Shown here: positions 42,241 to 52,077 of the stretch, in pieces
Numbering within the stretch: the stretch's first letter is position 1
Layout: each line of letters begins with the position of its first letter
Source: Batkoa obscura
Taxonomy: Eukaryota
DNA length: 64,000 nucleotides
Reading direction: 5' to 3'
NCBI GenBank assembly: GCA_030770535.1
Contig: JASVEC010000003.1
Location: 558,001-622,000 of the forward strand
Program-made: the position numbers and the translations under genes
The notes under the pieces: model-generated
Seen by the model: the letters and a program-made list of their open reading frames with translations, nothing else
Databases searched by the model: none
What the model was told of the DNA's origin: nothing

Positions 42241-43836
42241 ATGTTCGCTAAATTTACTCCAGTTACTCTTGCCGTTCTTTTTGCTATCTCTGCTCACGCA
42301 GAATATGCTATCACTGAACCAGTTACAACTCCATCATACTCAGTTCCAACTGCCACTTCCTCTTCTTCAGTAAGTACTCCAGTAACCACTTCTGAAACTT
42401 ATAACACTGGATCAAGCTCAAGTGCTTCAAGCTCTTCAGTCTCATCCTCAACCACTGTATCCACTAGCAGTGCTATTACTTCAACCACTTCAGCAAGTAC
42501 TGAGTCTACCCAAACTTACATTGTAACCTCAGAAACATCATCAAGTGCTTCAACCACCACCCCATCATACACAACCTCTACCACCTCAGAAGATGATTGC
42601 GATGATGAGGTAACTACAATTGTTACTGGTTACCCAACTGACGACTGTGATGAAACTGAAACTACTGATACTGCTTCAACCACCAATGTTTCTACTCCAT
42701 CCTACACCATCACCTCATCAACTGAAGCTACTACCTCAGTTGTATCTACCCCAACTTATGAAACTACCCCAGTTGTATCTACTCCAGTTGTATCTACTCC
42801 AGTTGTATCTACCCCAACTTATGAAACTACCCCAGTTGTATCTACTCCAGTTGTTTCTACCCCAACTTATGAAACTACTCCAGTTGTTTCTACCCCAGTT
42901 GTTTCTACTCCAGCTACCTCTGACGATTGTGAAGAAACTGTTACTGTTACTGATGATGATTGTGATGAAACCCCAGTCCCACCAGTTACTAGCACTGGTT
43001 CAACCACTGATGTTTCTACACCAATTTACACTATCACCTCATCAACTGAAGCTACTACCTCAGTTGTATCTACTCCAACTTATGAAACTACCCCAGTTGT
43101 ATCTACTCCAGCTACTTCAGGTGACTGCGAAGATCTCTATTTAACTGTTACCGAATGTGATGAAGAACCAAGCTACACCACTTCAACTGCTGGTCCATCT
43201 ACTTCCACCATTGTAGTTACCTCTACTGATGGTGAAAGCACTGTTACTTCCACCGTTGTAGTTACCACTACCGATGCTACTTCCACTTATGAAACTTCAT
43301 CAACTGAAACTTCGACCAGTGCCAGCTCCACCTCAGATGTTACTTCATCAACTGAGACTTCATCAAGCACTAGCTCCACCTCAGATGTTACTTCATCAAC
43401 TGAAACTTCATCAAGTGTTAGCTCCACCTCAGATGTTACTTCATCAACTGAAACTTCATCAAGTGTTAGCTCTACCTCTACTTCAGCTGTTACCTCAACT
43501 TCAACCAGCGCCAGCTCTACCTCAACTGCCACTAGCACTAGCACTACTCCAGTAAGTACTTCAACTACTACCTCTACCACTACTACCACTTCAACCGTTC
43601 CAGAACCAAGTGATGACCCAATGAACCCAAACAACCCACAATATTCCCCATTCAACCGTAAGGAAGGAACTCCTTGTGGAAGTGATCCATGGGAATTTGC
43701 CTGTACCCACAAAGAAACTGGTAAAGTAGTACTTAAATGTACTGGAGGAAAATGGACTCTTTCAGAAACCTGTAAAGAAGAATATAATTGCTACAACTTC
43801 CCAGGACAAAAAGGAGGAAAGTGTATCCGCGATTAA
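42241..43836 (+). CDS. Secreted Ser/Thr-rich mucin-like cell-wall protein with a C-terminal 6-Cys module (CBM19-like)
   Basis: Signal peptide MFAKFTPVTLAVLFAISAHA; VVSTP, TYETTP and TSSTETSSSVSSTSDV repeats; C-terminal CGSDPWEFAC...VLKCTGGKWTLSETCKEEYNC...C. Confidence 0.85.
   Translation: MFAKFTPVTLAVLFAISAHAEYAITEPVTTPSYSVPTATSSSSVSTPVTTSETYNTGSSSSASSSSVSSSTTVSTSSAITSTTSASTESTQTYIVTSETSSSASTTTPSYTTSTTSEDDCDDEVTTIVTGYPTDDCDETETTDTASTTNVSTPSYTITSSTEATTSVVSTPTYETTPVVSTPVVSTPVVSTPTYETTPVVSTPVVSTPTYETTPVVSTPVVSTPATSDDCEETVTVTDDDCDETPVPPVTSTGSTTDVSTPIYTITSSTEATTSVVSTPTYETTPVVSTPATSGDCEDLYLTVTECDEEPSYTTSTAGPSTSTIVVTSTDGESTVTSTVVVTTTDATSTYETSSTETSTSASSTSDVTSSTETSSSTSSTSDVTSSTETSSSVSSTSDVTSSTETSSSVSSTSTSAVTSTSTSASSTSTATSTSTTPVSTSTTTSTTTTTSTVPEPSDDPMNPNNPQYSPFNRKEGTPCGSDPWEFACTHKETGKVVLKCTGGKWTLSETCKEEYNCYNFPGQKGGKCIRD
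42740..43475 (+). repeat. Intragenic tandem repeats (15-bp GTTGTATCTACTCCA, 33-bp and 48-bp units)
   Basis: Directly visible; encode VVSTP, VVSTPTYETTP and SSTSDVTSSTETSSSV. Confidence 0.9.
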
Positions 43837-44816
43837 ATGCAATAAAAAGTAGTACCATCTTCTAATTTTATAAACCATAACTATATACCTATTTTTATAA
43901 TAAAACAACGCATATTTCAGTTTTCTGTTTATTAGATTTTAATAAATTTTATCAAAGTTTTTTTAATATAACAAGATTTTATTTAATATACAACATTAGA
44001 GCTATAACACTTATATTTACTATATAAAGTTAAAATGTAATTTAATATACTATTTATTATAATGTTTCAATATAAATATATTATTATCTTTTTAGTTTAT
44101 TGTGTAAGTATAATAAAATTAAATAAGATAATATTTCGGTTTAAACAATTTTTTGTATTTTTTGATCTTTATTTAAAATTCTCAAAGCCATAAATCCATG
44201 TGCTATATTAGTTACAAAAGTTTAAGAAATATTCTCGTGTGTCCAGTTCAATAGGATGGAATCAAAGATAATTAGAATACTCAATAAAGGAGCATTCTTT
44301 ATAAACGTTTGTTTATGCATCTTGGACTTTAAAAGCTTAAAAATCTCAATATCGCTTTTTTTCTTAACCAGATACCCAGTCTATTATAAATGTGGTATTG
44401 AGGGCTATACTAAGTTAAGTTTTAATTTTGTATATTGAAACTAAGCCACTTTAAGTCATTTTGTGATCATATTTTAATGAACTTTGGTGCTGTGATAATT
44501 GTGGCTTTTTGGGGTAAGTTTAATTTATAACTTTGGTATTGAACTTTTCATGGCAATATTGAATACAGATAAATGAGAATGGTACAATAATATTTGAAAC
44601 GACTTAACTATAAATAATAAGAATTTGATTAAGAGCAATAGATTTTCATATATTAAAATATTATTTGGATTATAAAGGATTTTGACATATACATGATTTA
44701 AAATTTTTTTGAATCTAAGGTTTAAATTTTAAGCCACAAGATAAAAACTAGGCTAAAAATTAAATTACCGCTATTTAATTTTCGATTTTAGCCTGATTTT
44801 AATTGTATCAAACTTT

Positions 44817-44922
44817 TATATGGGGGTGTTTTTTTCGGCTTCATCACTTTTTCCATCTTTTAAGCGCTATTTGAGTGGAAAAGTTGCTAGCAAAATTCTT
44901 AAACAAAAATACATCCCCATAT
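44817..44922 (-). mobile_element. MITE family A copy 11 (close to consensus)
   Basis: tatatgggggtgtttttttcggcttcatcac...aaacaaaaatacatccccatat. Confidence 0.9.
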
Positions 44923-45045
44923 CAAGAAAAATAAAATAGCATTTCGTTAAAAATTGTCTAATAATTTATAAAAAAATAAAATATACAATTTAAGATCAAA
45001 GTTTAATTTTTTTGATTTTAATTACATTTTATTTGGATCTTATAC

Positions 45046-46047
45046 TCAAATAAACAATAACGAAACTAATCCAGAAACCAAAATGGCTAATAAAGTAGAA
45101 GGTCCAGATACCATGGCGAAACTGGCAATATAAGTACTAGCTGTTTCTTTAGCACCTTTGAAAGTTTCAACTGCAATTGATGTAGAAGGATCATCATTTA
45201 TGGCTTCAAGGAACTTTCCTTCATTAGTATTGAAAACATCAAAACGGGTAGTCCAAGATAAACCAGGTTTAGCATCTTTATCTTTAGGGACGAGGGTGAA
45301 TCGGAAGAAAAAGTATTTACCCTTGTATTTGGTTTTTGGAATAGTATACTTGGCATCTCTAGTTCCACTTTTAAAATCACCAACCTTTTCAATAAAAGCA
45401 TTTTGCATATTAGATCCAGTCATATAATCAATTTGAATCTTTTCAATGTCTTTCATCTTAAAGATAAAATTCTCTTTCTCCAAATCGGTTTCTGGAATTT
45501 TATAATACCATAAAACTTTAATTTGATCCCCAGATTTAACGGTTCTACTATCCTTGGTTGGGTAAACAGGGTAAAGGATTACATCATCACTATCTTTAGG
45601 TTGCTTGAGTTTCTCCATATCAATTTCTTCCCATTCTGGAGTATCTTCCTCCTTGTTTTTGTCATCTTTTTTACCATCATCTTTTTGGGCATCATCTTTT
45701 TTACCATCATCTTTCTTTCCGTCGTCCTTTTTACCATCATCTTTTTTATCATCATCTTTCTTTCCCTCATCTTTCTTTTTGTCTTCTTCAGCTTTTCTAG
45801 CATCATCGGCCTTCTTTTTGTCTTCTTCAGCTTTCTTAGCGTCTTCAGCTTTTTTAGCTTCTTCGGCTTTCTTTTTATCTTCATCACTTTGACCAGCAGG
45901 AGGGTTTCCACTTGGCTTTGGGTCCTCTACCTTTTCAGGAGTCTTTTGAGCATCATTAGGATTACCAGTGGCACTCCCTTGATCTTGGGTATATACAACA
46001 GTTAAGCAAAAGATTAAAGCTATAAGTAAAAAATTAAATATCCTCAT
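45046..46047 (-). CDS. Secreted, probably GPI-anchored protein with Lys/Asp/Glu repeats and a Kre9/Knh1-N-like Ig-like domain
   Basis: Signal peptide; KKAEE and KKDDG repeats; P...TVKSGDQIKVLW...IQIDYMTGSN...YTIP...YFFFRFT...WTTRF; hydrophobic C-terminus. Confidence 0.75.
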   Translation of the reverse strand: MRIFNFLLIALIFCLTVVYTQDQGSATGNPNDAQKTPEKVEDPKPSGNPPAGQSDEDKKKAEEAKKAEDAKKAEEDKKKADDARKAEEDKKKDEGKKDDDKKDDGKKDDGKKDDGKKDDAQKDDGKKDDKNKEEDTPEWEEIDMEKLKQPKDSDDVILYPVYPTKDSRTVKSGDQIKVLWYYKIPETDLEKENFIFKMKDIEKIQIDYMTGSNMQNAFIEKVGDFKSGTRDAKYTIPKTKYKGKYFFFRFTLVPKDKDAKPGLSWTTRFDVFNTNEGKFLEAINDDPSTSIAVETFKGAKETASTYIASFAMVSGPSTLLAILVSGLVSLLFI

Positions 46048-47309
46048 ATTAGAAATTAGTTGAATTAATTAGATAGAAAAGGATGGAAGAATATTGATGT
46101 TTGGATGTGCAATATAAGTCTTCTAGTAAACCAATGGAATCATCATAATTTGGTCACCTGAAGGTACCTCAGGTATATAATATAAGGGGAATTCTTGTAC
46201 CATAAAAACTATTCAAATTAATCCTCCATATTTGGATCCAAGTACTTTTTTTCGGGGTTTGATTTGCTAAATGAAGTCAATTGACCAATTAAATGGCGCA
46301 ATTGGTTTTATATTAAATGGGTTAGGGAGCCACAAAATTATAATAAGGAATTAAAGTATACGATATAAATAGACTCAAGTACTATTAATAAATCCTATTG
46401 GCCAGAAGTATACTGAAGGTAATAAAATCCAGAATATAAGGAATTTATATACTAAGATTGTATTCTATTTAGTAAATGTACTTTTCTATGGTTCTAAAAA
46501 TAAATGCTAAGTTAACTATTTCTGATTTTAAATTCTTAATTAATATTGTTTTAAAATCAGAATTTTCAAAGTATTCAAACATTCTAAATAAATTTATAAA
46601 TTGAAACATTATTATCTATTATAACACCCCTTTTTTATACTATAGCCTTTTTGTTCAAACTATAATATTTGATTTACATCAGAAAATTATATAAATAAAT
46701 GCATTAAAATTTCAATTAAAAAACTTTGATAACTTACATTAAAAAATCCAGCGGCTAGAGTAATGGTTTGACTGTTGTATTGATTTTTGTATTTTAAATT
46801 ATATTTTTTCAAATAAAAGAATAAATACAAAACCAATATAATTAATAGACAGTTTAATTAAGTTTTAAGTGATGCAAAATGAAACTTAAAGCTTATTATG
46901 AAGGTAAATAATGTTATTAAGAATTAGACAAAACATTGAAACAGTTTCTCCACTTAATAAATTAGATATTAGAAAAATGTTGCTAAATTTGAATGTAAAA
47001 TGGTAGTAAAAATCCCCTATCCTAAAAAAGTCTCCAATTAATATTTTAAATCAATTTAAAGTTGGTCATAGTTAAAAGTTGAATTCAATAAAATGAATTT
47101 TAAAATATTTAAACTTTATAGTAACAAAATTAATTATATTTTGTTTGCTGCTGTGCTTTATAGCTATCTATTTTTTATGTTATAAAGATATAAGATGTTT
47201 TATCAATATTAGTTATAAGTATTAAGTTTCAAAGTAATAATAATAATTTAATATTAATACTTAATTATAATTTTTTAATAGAAATTAAAAATGAAAAAAA
47301 TAATAATAA

Positions 47310-47391
47310 TGACAACTGAGGGGTTCGAACCCTCGCATGTTTCCATATCAGGGCCTAAACCTGACCCCTTAGACCTCTCGGGCAAGTTGCC
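47310..47391 (-). tRNA. tRNA-Leu(UAG), intronless
   Basis: GGCAACT...AGTTGTC-A acceptor stem; anticodon arm TCAGG-TT-TAG-GC-CCTGA; long variable arm; GGTTCGAACCC T-loop; T7 run ~10 nt downstream. Confidence 0.95.
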
Positions 47392-48095
47392 TATAAATTT
47401 ATAAAGATTAAATTGTATTTATTAGCTTTTTAATTTCTGTAAAAATTGAAAAATGCTGATTATAAAGGTTCAAATTTTATAGTTAGAATATGCTAGGACA
47501 AGCTAACAATGATATGGGCAATTGAGTTGGTATCTAAACTTGATTCATTTGTATTGATGTAGATGATTCTAGGTTTTAAAATAAAACAAATTAATTAATG
47601 CTAATATTAATTTGTAAAAGTATTATGAATATTAGTTGCTGTTATTTTAGTTTAATAGCGATTGAACTACATCTCTTAGTAATTGTAATACTATTTGTGT
47701 ATCCTTTTTTATATTACTTATCAGTTCAAGTATTTAATTTTACAGTTGGAGTTATATGGGTTTTATCCAAATAATTTTTAAGGTTAATGAGTATAGTATT
47801 CAACTATTCATGTTTATACTTAAGTTTCTGAAAGTTTAAAATAGAGTTTTTTAAAGGACATTTGATAATAATTCTTTGAGATGAATACTTTTTTCTTGGA
47901 ATAAAGATTTTTTATATAATTCCTTCTATCAATATACTTTTAACTAAGGATAATATTAATTTTGCTATCTATTCCGACTTTTCCAACTTTTTAAAAATAC
48001 TTGATTTAAAGTTTCTAAAAAAATTCAAATTTATTACGTTGATTTTTTAATCTCAGAAAAATCATTTTTATATTTTTTCCCAATTTAAATTTCTA

Positions 48096-50114
48096 ATGTT
48101 TGCCAATCGAGCTAAAAAGAGGATTAGAAGTCAAGGGGGGAGTAGTCGATCACATATCTCCTTAACTTATAGCAATAAAGGGGGAAGTCAACATTCTGAA
48201 GTAACTGACCGAGATGATATCACTGTTTGTTCGAATATGAGTGATAAAAAAAGTAAGGTGAGGATTATAAATAATATTGAGAATAAGAGGGGGATTAAAT
48301 TGATATTTTAGGATAGTGGTCATGATACTACTTTTTTAAAATTGGATTCTGGGGATAAAGAAAGGAATATTCAGGATGTGAAAGGTAATATTGAACGTTT
48401 GAATTGGGATTTAAACTTTAACATTTATATTTAAATAGATCAAAGTTTTGTAAGCCATTTTTTTTATTAAGTAGCTTGAAGCAATTGGAACTAAATCGTT
48501 AATAGTCATCTATCTTTGACTTAGATAAATTACAAAAAATTAAAGAACAAGTTAAAGCTATGGTACCTATTTATCCAGAAGGGATCGTTGAACAAAGTAA
48601 GTTAATATTACTATTTGAAAATTAATTATTAATGGCGACTTTTTGTTTTTATATTAGATAAAAAGTTATCTTTGGATTATAATGAAATGAAATATAATTA
48701 TACTAGTTTAACTACGAATTATAGAATGTTAAAATTAACTAGTGAGAGAAAATTGGAAAAATTACAGAATCAAATTAATGAGAAAGAGTATTGTATTAAT
48801 GTAAATTTGAGTTTCTAATATTTATTACTATTCAAATTATTAATTTTTTAAAAGCAATTGAAACAACAGATAACTGAAAAACAAAATAATAGCGAAAAAT
48901 TGGAAGAACAAATTAACGAATTAAAGAAACAAGTTGAAAGTTTACAGGTATTAAATAATTTACTATTTTGATAAAGTGATGTTAATAACCAAATATTAGG
49001 AAAAAGTTAATAGTAATAACGATAAAATAATAATGGATCAATTAAAAGATGAAATTATAAGTCTAAAACATACGATTTCTATACTGGAAATTCAATTAAA
49101 AGAAAGCCAACAAAATATTGAGTTATTAAATTTACAATTAAATAATAAAGACAAAGAGTTTAAGGAACAAGTAAGTGGCTTATTGAAATAGTTTGATTTA
49201 TATAACAATTGATAATTTACTATAGATTAATAGCCTAGAAACTCAACTCATTTCAAAAGACGAAGAAATAACCAAATTAATGAGACTTAATTTAAAATTA
49301 GAAAAAAATCAAAATACGCAAGTAGATTCCAATGATCCAAAAACTTTGGAATTAGTCGTTAAAGAGTATCAAGGTAAATATAAACTTAGATAGTAATAAA
49401 ATAACATATTAATAAAATTTTAATTAGTTTTAAAAGAACAACACAATAAATTAGAACAACAATATATCTTATTAAAAAAAGAAAAAGAATTCATTAATTA
49501 TTCCCAATCTCAGCATTTATTATTAAAAGAATCTTGTTTATCTTTAGAAAATAAAATTAAAAGAAAACAAGATTATATTGAAGAGATGGAAAAGACATTA
49601 GCTACAGTCAATTCAAAATCAATCGAATGGTAAATATTGATTTATTAGTTATTAAAACATATACGAGTTAAATGTTAATTTATTATTATTTATTTTATTT
49701 TTAGGGCTAATTGTTTCAATACGGGTGAATTGGATAGTATTAATAGTTTATGGGAAGCTTATCAAAATGAAAAAGATAAAAATCAACAACAAATGAATCT
49801 CAATTTAGAAGTTAATATTGAAATGAAACAAAAGGAGGAAGAACATCAAAAATTATTATTAAAAGTAAGGAATTAATTTAATCTTTTAATTATAATTTAT
49901 GTCAATTAACTAATTTTTTATTTTCTATTTTAAATAGGTCAATGAATTAGAATCTAAGAATCAAAGTTTAACAGATAAAGTAAATCAAAGCCAAGCAGAA
50001 ATAATAGTAAAAGATGAAAATATAATGGAACTGAAAAAAGAAGTTGAAAATTTTAAATGTTTAGTTGATAATCAATTATTGGAAAAATCAAAATTAAGAG
50101 ATCAAGAAAGTTAA
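48096..50114 (+). CDS. Multi-exon coiled-coil protein, MAD1-like but lacking the C-terminal region
   Basis: About 11 exons join in frame, including an 11-nt microexon at 48439-48449; heptad-rich; LLLKESCLSLENKIKR...EW...ELDSINSLWEAYQNE...LKKEVENFKCLV recalls the fungal Mad1 coiled coil. Confidence 0.6.
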
Positions 50115-50331
50115 TTTAAGTATAGCTAAGAAGATTTTTTTCAATTAAATTGTATTATTAATATTACCTAAATTTGGGTTTTTTATGACTTTTTGTTTTT
50201 ATTTTTTTATCATTTTTATTAAATAAATTAAAAGTTAATGTTTATTCGGCCTATTAGGATAAGCTATATTGGGATAAGATTCCTAATTAAATTGATAGTC
50301 ATTATTATTATTATTATATTAATATTCTATT

Positions 50332-50650
50332 TTAACCTACTTCTAAATCTCCACCAATTTTATTATTATTATTAAATTTTGATTTACAAATAATTCTTTT
50401 ATAAGTGTTATTTGGTAACCAAATTTCTAATTTAATAAAGGTGGACTTTGTATTACTATTCTTCATTTTAGGTGGATAACGTTCAATAGTGCCATCTGGA
50501 TAATGAAATTCATTTGTTCCATTACAATGACTTATTTGAGTCACTTGATTTTTAGAATAATAATAATATAAATAATTATCTTTTAACTATTAAATATAAA
50601 ATTAGAGCAAAAATAATAAATAAAAGTAGAAATATATCATATGTCTACAC

Positions 50651-50681
<31 letters not shown>

Positions 50682-51796
50682 GTAACAATAATAATAAAAT
50701 CCAATTACCTTTTTCCAATCTCCATTAGGAAACCAAATTTGAATAGTATTATCTTGATATTTAGCTTGAATATTGCCATTGGTATAACTATATAATTTCA
50801 TTCCATCTTTATAACTTCTAGATAATTTCTTATAATCTGGGTAGACTGTTTCCTATTATTATTAAGTTGAATATTAATATCTTTTTAATATTTTATGATA
50901 TTTATAATTATCTACTTTAATCATTTCAAGAGAGGAAAAGTTAGCTTCAATTTCTATTTGTTCTAATCTTTGTCTTAATAATAATAGTTGAGAAGTTGGA
51001 TCGGATATGGGAGCTAAATTCAATGAGTTTTTTAATAACTAGTTTTTAGATGATAAATATTGAATTACTTTTTATGAATATATCTTGTTCATTGTTTATT
51101 TTGTTATTCTAAATTATTATTTAATAAATAAAATAAAGATTGAATAATGAATTAACTTACTTGATTATTAAAATTATTTTCTTCACTTTCTTCATTTTCT
51201 TTTTTAATTGGAAGCTGAATATTTGGTTTATCCTTCATTTAATAAAGAATATATTAATGAACTGTGTATTTATAATAATTAACTAAAGAATGATTGAATA
51301 TTAAAACAATATTATTTAATTTCAATATTTTATAACTTACTTAGTTACCAAATGGTTATCATATTCTTGTTTATCGGATAATTTGAAATTTATTTTATCT
51401 GAAGAATCATCATCACCTTAGTAATAATAATAAGTAATTAAATCAATTATTACCTCTTATACTTTCTAATTTTTCTAGACTGATTAATATATCCTTGGTG
51501 CTATACAGTGAAGTTAAAATAAGGTCTTTTATATTTACCATTTGGTTCATATATACCTTTTTTTGGTTTTATTCTTATTCTTATTCTTATTTTTTATACC
51601 ATTAGAATGTAATTTATTTTTGTTAATCTCTTCATTTACTAATTGTATTCTTTGTAGTTTTTTATTAATATCAACTAATATATCGTTTTCTAATTCAATA
51701 TGGAATATAATTAATATTTGTAGGTTATCAAAAAGAGTGGGAAAATTTACCCATTTGATTAAAGTGCTTAAAAATTTCAAAAAATAGAGTATTCAT
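50332..51796 (-). CDS. SAS-4/CPAP (CENPJ)-like protein with a C-terminal TCP (Tcp10_C / G-box) domain, multi-exon
   Basis: Exons 50852-50709 and 50586-50332 give ETVYPDYKKLSRSYKDGMKLYSYTNGNIQAKYQDNTIQIWFPNGDWKK|LKDNYLYYYYSKNQVTQISHCNGTNEFHYPDGTIERYPP...KLEIWLPNNTYKRI; upstream exons less certain. Confidence 0.75.
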
Positions 51797-52077
51797 ATTT
51801 TTGTTGTTTTTTAGGGTTTTATTTAATGTGAGAGGGTAAAATGAATATTTAAAAATAAAATCTAAACTTTAATATTTATAAGAAACTCTATCTTAACAGT
51901 ATTAAATAATAAAACTTTTCATTAATTAGTATAAGAAATATTTTAAGTTATTTTAACTATAACAAACATAAAAATAAAATAAAAAATAAAAAATAAAATA
52001 AAAATAAACCTTATTCTACATAAAACAAATTATAAAAAAATTTAATTCCTACGACAATAAAACTCCAGATTTCATAT

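Noticed and set aside
42620..46005. Long overlapping alternative-frame and antisense ORFs in the two repeat-rich secreted genes
   Set aside because: Shadows of repetitive, codon-biased coding sequence; the same applies to antisense ORFs in RPO41, SEC7 and SET2
51039..51108. Apparent internal stop/frameshift suggesting the SAS-4-like gene is a pseudogene
   Set aside because: A single phase-0 intron from the 51160 donor to the CTAG acceptor near 51039 bypasses it and keeps the frame open; still needs cDNA confirmation
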